A DNA stretch of 64,000 nucleotides from Eledone cirrhosa. Taxonomy: Eukaryota. Below the pieces are notes generated by a model. It was not told the origin of the DNA and did not search any database. It worked only from the letters and a program-made list of their open reading frames with translations. The stretch covers positions 396,986,001 through 397,050,000 of the forward strand of contig OZ024740.1 of NCBI GenBank assembly GCA_964016885.1, written 5' to 3'. Shown one piece after another: positions 26,546 to 40,789 of this stretch (its first letter is position 1; each line of letters starts with the position of its first letter). The translations under genes were made by a program, and so were the position numbers.

Positions 26546-29500
26546 TAATTCGGATTGTGTCACTGCGATGTAATTGTAAATTTGATGTATATTTTTTATA
26601 ATATATATATATATATTTGATCAAATGGAAGTCTGACAATTTTGACAATTAGAATTCCCAATGTTTGATCAATTCAGCTACCTCATTATTAAATTATCAT
26701 GTAAGTATTTAAGTATTCCATAGACACACAAAAAACAAACAAACAAACAAAACAAATGAACTATATGATATTGTGTGGCAGCAAAATGTTGACAATGACT
26801 GCAAAGGCAGCAACTGAATATGTATGATTTTGATTAATTTATGAGAATATTTGAGCACAAAGTAATTTGAGAAAACAGTTGTGTGTAAGGTATTGGCTTA
26901 ACTGTCAAAAAGTGAGTTACATAGACCTGGATATATAATATGAATGAATTATATATTTGTTAGATGAAAATATGCTATGAATTACTTGTTGAGTATAGCC
27001 ACAAGAAATATATATATTAAAGAAAAAACTAGAAAGGAATGATGAAGCCAGATTTGAGATCTCATTATCTTACAGTAGAGATATTGAATAAAGTTGCAAA
27101 GAAAAACAACAGAAATTATTAAAAATAAAAAAATAATAATTCAAAAATCGAATTACAAAATGTCTTGACATACCTGACGAGACTGAGGACAGAGAAAAAT
27201 TCTAATACTGTCTGAGAAGTGCAGGAATCAAATTATGGCAAATTATGTAGATATTACAGACAAAGACTATCAAGAAAAGAAATGATTTCTAATCTATGTA
27301 TCAATTTTAATGGATGACGATATCTTTCAAAGAAATGAAGAAACTATTCAAATATAAGAAAATCTGGAAATATAAGTAAACAAAATGAAAACAGAAACAA
27401 TACTTATAACATTGGCCAACACACATGTTGGTGCCTTGGGTATATTTGTGATGTTGATTCCAAATAAATCAGTTTTGTCCTATCAGCTCTAGTTTCAGTG
27501 ATAAAACATACACTTTTATATGCTAAAATTAGGGACTCCATTACATGCTGAAATTAAGGACCCCATTATTCAGTGAATTTAGGGACCCTATATGCACTTA
27601 TATTTTGGTGCCTAAGAAGTTAGAGCTATTTTGGAGTATATTTGTAGGAATGATTCCTGCAATGCCAACAGATTTACACCATCAGGCTGAATTAATTAAT
27701 GATTTACTATTTAGATTTTTTAAAATCAATTCAGAATTAATTGAAACAAATAGGTAGTATATTTCATTAAAAATATTGTAATGAAAAGGTTAAGCAAAGA
27801 GCAAAGAGAAAGATTTCCTCAGAATATAGAAACAATAGAAGGACACTACCAGAGAAAATTGGATACACACACGATGGCAGATTACAGATCAAACCTTCAG
27901 TAGGACTGCTCTGGTAAATATCACTCTAGAGAGTAGCATGTGTTGAATAACTGATAATTTTATAAGTTTATGTTTTTTTAGTTGCAATTACTACAGATCT
28001 TAATGCAGCACATTCTGAGTTTTTTTGCTGAAATGTACTGATTTATTAATATGGGGTCATGTTAATAGTATGTAATATATTAATAGAATTAATGTTATTT
28101 TTGTATCAAAATAGTAAATCATTTATTAATTACAGCTGATGGAGCAAAACTGATAGCACTTTCAGAGGCATCCCCCAAAATTTGCTCAAGAATAGGTTTA
28201 ACTTCTAAGGTAATAAAATGTAAAGTGCAACTAGAGTTCCTAATTTCGGCATAGGAATGTTGTATCTCCAAAACTAGGGCTTATAGGGGCAAAACTGATA
28301 GAATCAGCATCCCAAATATATCCAAGAACACTTGATTTTCAAAGCATCAAAGCTGTTTTTAATAATCTTCATGGGTTAGGAAATAGGAATGATTTACAAA
28401 TAAAAAAAAACCCAAACATCTAACAAATACATAATAAAATCTCCCAGAACTTGCAATATATGCAGCATACAGAAATTACCACTACTATATAGAATACAGA
28501 TATTATATATAGTACTCTCAGTACAAAAAAACTCAAGCACTGCACTTATCCAAGGAACAGGAAATTGTGCTTGGTCGTGCAATGAAAGTACACAAAACTA
28601 TTGAAATAAGCATTTCCAACATTAACTCAAGGCCACACAGGTTTTGGTGGGAAAACAGGTGATTTAACCTCCCATCCCTAGCATATTACAAGTAGATTCT
28701 TTAATCTTAAATATAAAAGGATATAACTAAATACTACAAGATCTTTAATCTGCCAAGCTACAAATGCTGACATCTATGATGCATAGTGTTGATGATGATG
28801 ATGGGGGAAAGTAATGATGCTGATGATGGTGAGGAAGAGGAGAAGGCTAGTATTCAAATTGGTAAATTATGTTAGGACAACATAATAAGAAAAAAGCTAA
28901 TTTTCAGGTGGGAATATAATCAGTTGTATCGACACTTGATTGGTATTTGATTTTATTGAACTCTTGAAGGATGAGAGATAAAGGTAAAGAGCGGATTCGT
29001 TTTTTGAAGAATCTCATCTATTGATACATTTCAATCACCACTCCCACATACAAACAAGAATCTGTTGCCTATTTAAAACTCCATTAACAAAAAAAATAAA
29101 TAAATAAATAAAATGGTAATGTGTTTTTCTCCTATAGTCAGTATAGGACATTACAAATATTCTGTATGTCTTTCTTTTTCAGGACTAAGTGAGTTGCATC
29201 CTCTCTGAAATGTTAAACTGTTCTTATTAAGCTGTGTAAATATATCATTGTAACTGAGGTTTGTCTGTTCTGCCAGTTTACAAAACTGATGATATTGATA
29301 TTGACAGTGTGTTGAAGCAAATGTTTGAATCACTGATCCAATTTCCTGACCGATATTAAGGTGTGGTTAGACTACGATTTTATTTACTTTGGTAAGAAAT
29401 TCTGATATATAAAGTACCTAGCATATATTAAACAACAAAAGAAGAAAAAAGCTGGCTATAGATAGTTTAGGTCGTATCAGCTTATATGAACAATAAAAAT

Positions 29501-30719
29501 AGTGAAGCCAACAAGAGATCATTTACATGGTCACTTAAATTGCTAGAATAGCAGCCAAATATTTCTTAAATCAAAGCCTACCATCTTAAACAAGGTAGGA
29601 CACGTTTGATAATGTAATCTCACTATTACAAATAAAACAAGGACTTAGCGAGTATGGCTAGAAGACTTCAAAATTTAGACTTGGTGAGAGACTAAGCTGT
29701 ATAAAACTTGGAGGCCTCATGTTTTTTTTTTGTGATTACAGCAGGTTTCATAAAATTTTAAAACATACATGCCTTTTAATTATATTTTGCGGTCTTTCCA
29801 GATTTTGAGACCCTAATCTGTAGCTTATTTAGCTAATGCCAACTCCACCATTGCTAGAATATCTTTGACCATCAGGGCTGACATAGAACTAAACAATAGC
29901 AATAATAAACATAGTTGTTATATTTTTTAAATGAATTTCCTCGATGTAAAACAAAAAAATGAAAATATTGCAATTTAGGAATTTGGTAAATATTTCTACA
30001 AACTAAATGAATTCCTAGGATTGGCAATTAAATCTGCTTTTGTGGAATCCATTAAGTTGATATTAACTGCTGGCTGTTACACTAGCCTATTACATAGGTA
30101 TATTTAACAGCTATTTTCAAGTTAGGTAAACTGAGAAGATGTAGAATTATGTGCCTTGCACTGAGATATAAAATACTGGTAATAAATATAAAATTGTAAC
30201 TCATGTGCTAGTAGTGTGATACTTTATCTACTCAATGATTTAGCCATGACAGTTTGGAAAGTAAAGATATATTTTATCCTTTTGAACTTCTCATGTATTT
30301 TTCTCTGCTTCATAGGAAAAAAATAATATAAAATTTTGACAGAATCCAGGAAACTATCAAAAATAATTAATGAGATTTTTAGTTATTGACTTCCCAAACC
30401 AAATTATTAACTAAACATTTTATTGTTTCAAAGAATTATAATTTTACAACACGGCTGGATAATTCTAAAGTTTTTCAATGGGTATGATGATGTTATTTAG
30501 TGCTGGCTCAGCTCTCATCAAGCAGATCTATATGACCAAAAGTGTCCCAGCCATGATCATCCCACATTTTTGTGGGGAAGAGTATTTTGGGTATCTGGGA
30601 CTATTTATCAAATGCATGATCTTTTTTTAAGATGGTTGGAGCGAATTGAGGATATTTTGCTGCTTTTTTTAGCAGTTCATGCAACAACCTCATTGAAATT
30701 GAAGTTGCTGGAGGTATAA

Positions 30720-31085
30720 CCATCATCATTTTCGTTTTTACATCCGCTCTTCCATGCTGGCAAGAGTTGGACGGGTTCTTCTAAGCAAGGCATCTCTCCA
30801 CTTGTGTTCCTTCATTATCTCCTCTTCCAGTCTAAGTGATTTGAGGTCAGTTCTTACAACCTCTTCCCAGGTCTTCCTTGGTCGTCCTCTACTGTGGCTT
30901 CCTTCTGCTGGGTTTTCCTGACATTTATTCATCCATTGGTCATTGTCCATGTGCATCATATGTCCATACCAACACAGTGTTCTCTCCTGCACACCATCTT
31001 GGATTCCCCTTAAACCTAGCTTCTCTCTTTCTCTCATATTTACATTGCACATTCAACAAAACATAGTTGCTTCATTTCTCTCCAG
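30720..31085 (-). mobile_element. 5'-truncated RTE copy related to family B
   Basis: ORF 30738-31052 (ERTLCWYGH...GRPRKTWEEVVRTDLKSL...RTRPTLAS) aligns with the C-terminus of the 713-aa ORF; (CAT)n tail. Confidence 0.9.
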
Positions 31086-31139
31086 TCTACGCATGACCTC
31101 TGCTGTCACTGCTTATGTTTAATCCTTCATATAAACTAG

Positions 31140-31695
31140 TATAGTTAATATGAATAATAAATGACTGACAAGTTTCAGAAAGCTGGTATAATGCGGTAGA
31201 AATATATAAAGAGCAAGGAATGACAAATATATCAAAACAAAATACATCGGAAGTACTGTCCAGATGCTGCATACACATCAAGTAGCACATGACAATGAGA
31301 ACTTCTGTCAAGCAACACCTTGACCGATGCTGCAGCTGAGACATTGAGATCATCATAGAGACGAAAGAAAGGAATGTGGGAAATTTAAGAATCATCCACA
31401 TGCAAAAGCCACAAATAAATAATAGATTAGAAATGCATGAAGCAGAGTGGTTACTGTAACTACTTCATGCATGCATATTCTAGGCACTTATAGCAGTTAA
31501 GAAGAAAACATCAATTAGACGTTTTGTTTTAAATCGTTTTGGATTTTACATTTGAAAAGAAGATATTAGCCCTGAAATATTATATTGAAACATTATTTTG
31601 TTTTGTTTCATTTGTCATCCTTTTCCCTTTTTATATATTTCTACTGCATTGTACCAGCTTTCTGAAACTCATCAAGCATTTATCACTTCATATAA
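31140..31695. mobile_element. MITE-like element with ~100-bp imperfect inverted ends
   Basis: GTTTCAGAAAGCTGGTATAATGCGGTAGAAATATATAAA...GACAAAT (31172) versus ATTTGTC...TTTATATATTTCTACTGCATTGTACCAGCTTTCTGAAAC (31610-31668). A third copy of the arm lies at about 37262-37330. Confidence 0.65.
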
Positions 31696-32510
31696 GCATT
31701 TACAAATTTTAGACAGAGTGCCATTGTGGTAATATGGAAAATATGCTGTAGAGATTTCACTTTATTTACATTGAAATGACATTAGCTCTTTTGATATCAA
31801 AACACCTGAAACCATCCCTGGTTCTAAGATATATATGTGTTTGATTTAAAGTGTTTATATTTATCTAAAAATAATTTAGTATAATTTTATGTAAGAATCT
31901 TTGTTAAGTTATGTTCCACAGACCAGCGTAAAAATGAGAAAATTATTTTATATTACAAAATCCCCCCAAAATTCTTGATTATTTGAAAACTATAGGGAAT
32001 GATATTAGAAATATGGCAATGAAAGGGTCGAGAAAAGCTCTCATTGTTGTCATGTATAACAATTTACTTTTGGGAATATACTCACCAGCTACTTTTATTA
32101 CTCTAAAAGCTTTGCTGTAACTTTAAATGCTCTGTATAAAATGTTATTACTATTATTATTATTATTTTTTTTTTTTTGTTTTTGCCAATGGAATATTTGT
32201 TGTGATAAAGCAAAAGAAGAGTAGAGAAGAACATCAAATGTTGTGCTGTATTTATTAACCATAGCTTTGTTTCATATAGGAAACCTCAGCCCAATGGGAT
32301 GCATCTTAAAGTGACAAATCAAGTAATATATGGCATATATGGCAGCTAAAAATGTTATAGATTTGTTTTTTTATTGTTCGAGTCAGTGTCCTGTTACTCT
32401 GATGTTTTTCTAGCATGATTAGAGTCATCAGACATTCTTGACTCTGATCACTCTGTAAACATACTGACTGTCAATACTAAATCCATATATATATATATAT
32501 ATATATATAT

Positions 32511-32677
32511 AACGAAGGAAGTGTGGTAAGGAACCAGATGGACCATAACGCACCAGAGTACTCAATACTTAGGGTAGTCGAGTGGGTAATAGGAAAATGT
32601 TTAACCCCGATGGCTCAAGCCGTTTCGACGGCTATTTCTGGACTCAGAAATAGCCGTCGGGGTTAAACATTTTCCTA
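32511..32677 (-). mobile_element. TA-targeting hairpin element (family H), copy 1; probably Penelope-like derived
   Basis: 80-bp unique segment plus terminal inverted repeat TAGGAAAATGTTTAACCCCGA...TCGGGGTTAAACATTTTCCTA, embedded in (TA)n. Homologues at 41351 and 58459. Confidence 0.75.
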
Positions 32678-33237
32678 TATATATATATATTCCATATATA
32701 TATATATATATATATTTCTGATTTCTGAAAGGCTACATGGATTCCTAAAATACCTTCAGACTCTTACAGCTCATCCGTAAATATTATTCCCCTCTTGTAG
32801 ATATCTGCCTTCCTTCTTTCTCAATTTCAAAATGTCCTTTTTACTGTTATCAATTTTTCGAATTACACCACACTGGCTATTAGACCTCTCCCTTCAACCC
32901 ATCACATTTTGTTCTCTCTTTCTCTCTCTTTCATTCATTCCAGCTTATTTTTATTGTTGTTTTTCCTAAATCTCCTATGATGATGATAATGATTATATGT
33001 GTGTGCTGCCTATCTCACAATTTCCCTCCTACCCAGCCCCACTCACCAGCATAGGCCATTCGACCAATCAAACCTCAACCATTATCAGCCCCAACAAACA
33101 TTGCCATTACTACTACTACCCTCAACAAACTCTGCCATTACTACTACTGTCCTTCTAGCCCTGCACTAAATAATAATAATTCCTTACTGATATCTATGGA
33201 TGAGCTGGGGATAAATGGAACAACCCTGAATTAATAA

Positions 33238-36200
33238 ATGAATATGAATCTGCAAGCTACCAAACAACCATGCAAAGCTTTAATCCAGAGACAGGAAGCA
33301 TACACCTTCCCCCGCAAAAATTCACCCCATCCTACGAACGATGGCAAATGCCCAAAACTCCGAGTTGGAACCATCAATGTAAGCACAATGAATGGAAGAG
33401 CAGGAGAAATTGTAGAGATGCTAGAGCAAAAGGAAATTGATGTATGCTGTGTGCAAAAGACTAGATGGAGAGGAGAGTCTGCTAGAGTCCTTGTAGGCAA
33501 TGCTACAAATTTTTCTGGGTGGGAAATGACAACGGGATGGGAGGGGTAGGTATACTATTAGCTGACAAATGGGTTGATAAGGTAATCTCAGTGAACAGGG
33601 TGAATGCAAGAATCATTAAACTCAGACTAGTCCTGAATAAAACAATTGCCACAATAGTATCAGCTTACGCACCCAATTGCGGTTGCCAGACGAACTTAAG
33701 GATAGATTCTACGAGTCCCTAATGCACACTACTGCCCTAACAAGCAACAATGACTTCCTAATCATTGCAGGAGATTTCAACGGATATGTTGGTAAACACC
33801 GTGACAGTTTCTATAGAGTCCATGGAGGCCACGGGTTTGGCACAAGAAATGAAGAAGGCTTCAGGCTTCTGGAATTCTGCAACGCCAATGAAATGTCGAT
33901 ATGTAACACAAACTTCAAAAAACCCAACAACCATCTGATCACCTATAGATCAGGGGAGCATTCTAGTCAGATAGATTTTATCCTCATCAGAGGGCATGAT
34001 AGATGGATGGTAGTAAATACAAAAGTCTTCCTTGGTGAGGAATGTACCTCCCAACATAACTTAGTTTTCAATGACCTCACTGTCAAAACTAGATAAACTT
34101 GGAAACAGAAGGCAACCTGGAGAAGAAAGATCTGGAAGCTGAAAGACCCCTTAGTCAGTAGCTGGTTTAAAGATATTCTACTCGATGCCTATGACAGTAA
34201 AGAAGAACAGATAGAGATATTCAATGTAGAAGAGCACTGGGAGTTCCTAAAAAATAACTTACTAAAGGCGACGGACGTGATCTATGGTTGGAGCAGGTCC
34301 ACAGGGAGGAGGAGAGTGACTTGGTGGTGGAACAATAAGGTAGATGAGGCAGTTAAGGCTAAGAGACAGGCATGGAAAGAATGGAAGAACGGGGATAGCA
34401 AGGTACATTACATAGAGACCAGGAGGGAAGCTAGGCGACAAGTATACTTAGCTAAAAGAGAAGCAGAGGATAGAAAATTCAAACATGTTTTGCAACATGA
34501 GGACCAGAACAGGAGGTGTTCAAGATTGCGAGGCAGTGTGTCAGAGAGAATTGTGATGTCATTGGAGAGAAGTGTATCCGGAATGATAAAGGTGAGCTTG
34601 CCCTCACAAGTGCTGAAAAGAAAGATGCGTGGAAGAACCATTATGAAAGATTACAAAATGAGGAGAATGCATGGGAAAAAGAGACCCTACCCCAAGTGGA
34701 CCCTACAGAGGGGCCAGCAGTACAAGTCAGCAGCAGAGTAGTAAGTAAGGCAATTAAAGATATGAAGACAGGGAAGGCAACCGGTACATCAGGTATAGCT
34801 GCCGAGATGCTGAAGGCATCTGGGTCGGTAGGTCACACCATAACCACACAAATTGTTAACCAGGTAATACTAGAAGGTATCATACCAAAGGATTGGTGCA
34901 GCAGCATCATTGTCAACTGCTACAAAGGTAAAGGTGATGCACTAGATAGAGGAAACTATAGAGGTATAGAGCTGATGGACCAGGTCATGAAAGTAACGGA
35001 AAGAGTTATAGCACAGTTGATTAGGAACCGAGTGAAACTAGATGAGATGCAATTTGGGTTTGTACCAGGAAAAGGCACCACTGATGCCCTCTTCCTTGTG
35101 AGGCAGTTACAGGAAAAGTACCTAGCTAAAGGTAAGCCACTCTACCTGGCATTCGTCGATCTGGAAAAAGCCTTCGACAGAGACCCCGTGCTATAATATG
35201 GTGGGCTCTTAGAAAGTTAGGAGTAGATGAATGGCTTGTGAAAGCTGTACAAACCATGTATAGAGGAGCAGTCAGCAAAGTTAGAGTTAGCAATGACTAT
35301 AGCAAGGAATGTAGCATACAGGTCGGTGTCCACCAGGGCTCTGTTCTTAGCCCTCTCTTGTTCATTATAGTTTTGCAGGCAATAACAGAAGAGTTTAAGA
35401 CCGGATGCCCATGGGAACTCCTATATGCGGATGATCACGCACTTATAGCTGAATCCATGATGGAACTAGAGAAGAAATTCCAAACATGGAATCAGGGACT
35501 AGTAAGAAAGGGTCTCAAAGTCAACCTGACAAAGACTAAGGTTCTTGTAAGTAGACGAGAAAACAGAACCCAGATTCCTTCAGGGAAATGGCCTTGCTCA
35601 GTATGTAGGAAAGGTGTAGGTAGGAACTCCATCCTCTGCCCCAAATGCAAACAATGGGTACACAAGCGATGTAGTGGGATCTCAGGAAGATTAACTAAGA
35701 ATGTAGGCTCCATATGTAGCAGCTGCGCTGGGACAGCAAGCAGGAAACACGCACCACCAAACTCTAGGAGGGCTCTGTAGAAACAGTAGACAGCTTCTGC
35801 TACCTAGGTGACCAAATTAGTAGCGGCGGTGGGTGTTCGGAAAGTACAATAACTAGCTGCAAAAGGCTTTTCCCTCAAAATGAAAAAGGCAGACTGTATG
35901 ATGCGTGTATACGAACAGCAATGTTACATGGTAGTGAGACCTGGGTGTTGTCTGTGGAAGACTTGCGTAGATTAGAAAGAAACGAAGCTTGTATGCTCCA
36001 ATGGATGTGTAATAGTAATATATGCAAACGGCAAAGTATAAACGAATTGAGAGAGAGACTGAGCATAAGAGGAATCAAATGCTGTGTGCAGGAGAGGAGG
36101 TTACGTTGGTATGGACATGTGATGCATATGAAGGATGACAGCTGCATAAAAAGGTGCAGAGTACTAGAAGACGATGGAAGTCGTGGAGTGGGGAGACCCA

Positions 36201-36648
36201 AGAAGACCTGGGATGAGGTGATAAAGGCTGACCTTACCCAATTGCACCTCTCAAGGACAATGACACATGATCGTGACCTCTGGCATCACGCAGTAATACA
36301 GAAGACCTGACCCCCCACAGGAACAAGTTGAAGCTGAAGCATATAGACAATATGCCCCCTCCCCCACTGCAAAGTGGTCGGGTCGTGGAGGTGCCACGGC
36401 AAAAAAACACCCAGCCCTCACTGTAAAGTGGACTTGTAGGCGCCATGGAAAAAAAGCACCCAGCACTCACTGTAAATGAGGTTGGTGTTAGGAAGGGCAT
36501 CCAGCTGTAGAAATTAGGCCAGAATCAGTTACTGTATAAGCAAGACATGGTCAGCTGACTGGACACTGCTCACAACAGGACAACCCGTCTAACCCATGCT
36601 AGCGTGAAAGAATGGACATAAAACGGTGATGATGATGATGATGATGAT
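33238..36648 (+). mobile_element. Near-full-length RTE-clade LINE (family A): APE endonuclease, RT and PHD-like finger; several frameshifts, non-functional
   Basis: ORF pieces 33238-34096 (VGTINV, SAYAP, GDFNG, SQIDF), 34516-35780 (NYRGI, QFGF, FVDLEKAFD, QGSVLSP, YADD) and 35921-36310 (RRLRWYGH, GRPKKTW); 3' UTR 36310-36625; (GAT)n tail. 5' boundary uncertain. Confidence 0.95.
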
Positions 36649-36675
36649 ATATGCTAAACCACCCATGACCACCTA

Positions 36676-36858
36676 GGATTGGCAGTATCAGTAGCGGGTC
36701 AGACACCATGCCTTGCAGCTTAGAGTTACAGCTCTTTACGGCTTGAGTTAAAATCCCACCGAGGTTAAGTTTGTCTCATCCTTACGGGACGATAAAATAA
36801 AGTACCAGTAATGCACTGGAATAATTGCTGGCCTTGTGCCCAAAATAGAAACAATTAT
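36676..36858 (+). mobile_element. SINE-A, diverged full-length copy
   Basis: GGATTGGCAGTATCAG...GAGTTAAAATCCC...GGCCTTGTGCCCAAAATAGAAACAATT. Confidence 0.88.
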
Positions 36859-37593
36859 TGAAAGAAAATTACTGCAAACTTAGTGGAAAATCTATGGTAA
36901 ATTCAGGGCTAGCGCTACCCTTAAGGCTAAATTGGTAGCTACCTCGGGCCCCGATATCAGAATAGAGTATTACCGAGTTATGTTCACTTCAAAATATTTT
37001 TAAAAAATCATGTTCACTTAAAAATAATCGAAATATACACAGACATGTATATAGTGGTCCGATTTATGCGAAACTTGTTTTATTCCATTTGTATTCACAT
37101 TTCAGGGTCAACTTCCTTCAAAGTATTTTCCTATTATGCACGCTTTTGTTACAGACGAGCAAGCAAGAAAGCAATCACAGGATTTTAGTTATATATATAT
37201 ATATATATAAAGTAGTATAGTTTGTATGAAGCATTGCAAGGTATGTAATAATTGATGTGAATCTCAGACAGCTGGTAAAATGGAATAGAAATATATAAAG
37301 GGCAAAGGATAAGAAATAAAACAATATATTTCATGATTATATTTCAGGATCATAACCCTCTTTTCAAACACAAAAGAAAAATTATGCATTCGTCCTTAAC
37401 TGGTATGTGAGTGTGGATTGTGCATGCATGGAGCAGTCATAGAAGCCACTATGCTCAATGTTTATTTGTAGCTTAAAGCTTCTTTAATCCTTAAATACTG
37501 CACATTCCCTTCCATTACTTCTATGGTGACTTCAATGTCCCAACAATACGGAAGTGTGCATGAGAGTATATATGTATATATATATATATGCAG

Positions 37594-37629
<36 letters not shown>

Positions 37630-37898
37630 CATGAGAAGAAAGAAGAATACTGCGTGGTTGCACATGGGTTACATATGATAAAAATAGTCCTTCGTCAGTG
37701 ATTATTCAACCATAATTGATATTTCATCGCATTAAAAATCATATACCTCAGGTTGGTGCGAGCAATAGCTAAATCGCGTAAAGCGAGTGAGACAAGTAAA
37801 CAACATAGAAGGATGAAAGCAACGCAAATATAGGAATAAACAAGCAACATGGTTATCCGGTCAGCATAAGCTGGGTGGATTTCATGAGCGATCGAGAT

Positions 37899-37956
<58 letters not shown>

Positions 37957-38850
37957 GCAGATTACACATACAGTGTTGTTATTTAAGTAATTTGCTTCAC
38001 AACTACATAGTTCTGGGTTCAATCTCACTGCATAGCACCTCGGAAAAGTAGGTTAAGTTATATTATTGGGCCAGCTAAAGTCTTACAAATGAATTTGGTA
38101 GATAGAAACTGCGAGGAAGTCCATCATATATGTAAGTGTAAATGTTTCTGTGTTAATTTTTGTGCATCTTCATATCGATACTATTTAGTGTAGTCACAGA
38201 AAAACTGTTCTCCAAAAACTCTCTTCCAACCATCCCATGCCGGCATGGAAACGTGGACATAAAAGTGATGATGATGATGATGATATGCTGATCAACCTGA
38301 TGAATGTGCCTCTACATGGTGATTCAGCCTACTGGAAAAGCAGCCTTTGAAAATGCTAGAGATGAAACCCTACATATCAATATTTACACATTTTAGGTGT
38401 ACTATATATTATAAATTTCTGATTATAAAAATTCTTATTTACACATTGCTGACACCATGAGAGCTAAATTACACATTAAATTATGATACGATGGTTACTT
38501 GGTTGCCTTTTCTAACATGTTGAACAACCACATAGACAGTTCTCTCATTGATTCCTCTAAGATTTTGATATTATAGCAATTTAGGTCCTCCTGGTTTTTG
38601 CAACAGTGGCAAAAAAAAAGAAAAAGTAGAACTATTAAAATGGAAGTAAACAAATATTGTTTTAATGAAAGTTTGAAAGTAAGCAATGGTTTTATTGTTA
38701 AGATCTTGACCTGTCAGCCAAAGGATTGAAATCTATAATATCATTGGCATGATATTATGTCACTAGCAAGGCTAATTCTCAACAGTCCATTCAACTGCAA
38801 TATAAACTAATACAATAGTGAGGTACAATTTATCATTCTTAGTAAATAAT

Positions 38851-39127
38851 TGTTTCTACTTTAGGCACAAGACCAGCAAATACCCAGTGCATTACTGGTA
38901 CTTTATTTTATCGACCCCGTAAGGATGAAAGGCAAAGTCAACCTCGGCAGGATTTGAACCTCAGCGGGATTCTTAGTAAATAATTGTTTCTACTTTAGGC
39001 ACAAGGCCAGCAATTACCTAGTGCATTAATAATTGTTTCTACTTTAGGCACAAGGCCAGCAAATACCCAGTGCATTACTGGTACTTTATTTCATCAACCC
39101 CGTAAGGATGAAACCCAAAGTCAACCC
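38851..39127 (-). mobile_element. Cluster of three 5'-truncated SINE-A copies
   Basis: Three TGTTTCTACTTTAGGCACAAG ends (38851, 38985, 39034) with direct repeats ATTCTTAGTAAATAAT and AGTGCATTAATAAT. Confidence 0.9.
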
Positions 39128-39881
39128 AGTGCATTAATAATGAGTTCTTTTTATGTGCTTGCAGTGAGATCTCCCAATTATCTGTAATAAATCAATCAGA
39201 GAAAGTAGTGACTCTAAATCAATGCTATACATGTTAAGATAAGGTGCCCTGAACACATCTCCTAGCATGTTTGGTGTTTCTCAGAGATACGCAACAACCA
39301 CATGCTTGCACGGAAAATAGATGTTAAACGAAGATGATGGTGAATACTCTAGTTATTTCCAGCTTATCAATATCGAACCAAACCATTTCCAGTTTACTGA
39401 TGTTTTAATTTATTCATATGAAGCAAATAAATAAATGAATTAATATCTAATATGAGTGTAAACTTTTATTATTTTAGTTCAAGAGACCAATGTAAAAAGA
39501 TGTTTACAGTCTGCGAAAACCTTCAGAAGATGTGTAAAATCATAGTTTTGAAAATGTAATATCACAGTGTGATAGACAAGTATATTGGTCAATATGTTTT
39601 TTCTTTCTGTAATTTATGCAAGAAGTTGCCAACTGTTGAGATTGTGCATAGATAACGATGTTCACACTTGTGCAATATCAAAAAATGCTGCAGGCAATTT
39701 CTGTAAATCTAATGATGCTTAAAAGCTTCTGAAGATAAGATCAATAAAATCTTACCATAAATATATGATGACAGCATTAGGAAGTAAATTTCAGAAGTTG
39801 TTGATGGTACTTTATGAATAAACATTTCTGAGAATTGCTTGCCAAAATGAACTTTTTTTAAATATAGATGAAGCATAAAAC

Positions 39882-39912
<31 letters not shown>

Positions 39913-40758
39913 AATAGAGAAAATGATTTTCAAATGAACGTTAGATTAAAACTTGCATCTGGAAAGAATCATCTATTTTTCTGTTATTTGAAATGGCAGC
40001 AGATTATTTTGTAATTAATGTTATTATAAACTGAAAGGTGAAGCTAGCTCAGTTAAGAGTCAATATTTGTAGCCGATGACTATCACTGATCTATATCTAA
40101 GGTTCAAACACTTATTCCTTGCTAACTTAGTACCATAAATGGTTGTCATTCTTTAGAGCCAGGCTATTCCAGATCAAGCAAATCTATGATCAAAATGTTC
40201 AAGTTGTAACACTCCCATCTTTTTGGTTTATCGGGAACTACATTGTGCTGTATTGTCTTTTATTGAAGGCAGTAGAATGTGATTAGAGTGAAATTTGGTT
40301 GCTATGTCTAGCAAGTCAAGTGATTGCTTAAAGAAGGTTTCTTCTTCTGTGTGTATCTGCAAGTGTGTATGTGTGTATACATAGAAAAGTATATACGTTT
40401 CCAAATACTAGCAGCAGTACTCAGCCTAGCCTAGGTTTATTAATATATAAAATAAATACAATCACATGAATTCACAATGATTTGGAAAAATTGCATTAAA
40501 AATAATCTTCTATTGGTCTACTGATGTTGATTTAATCAGAATTGCATCCAAGCAATTCAAAAGATGATTCAACATAAAAATGTGAAAAAAAAGAAGAAAA
40601 CTATAAAAAAAAACAAAAAACAAATATAGAACCAAAAGGTCACATAGCCTATGATTTTCTCTTGATAAGATGTGTTTTTATGCAAAATTTTAGTTACCCA
40701 CGACCAAAACTATGAATGTATGCATTTATATTCTAAGATATACATGGTTGTGTGTTTG

Positions 40759-40789
<31 letters not shown>

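Noticed and set aside
26860-27420. A-rich stretch resembling a LINE remnant
   Set aside because: No diagnostic protein motif could be read.
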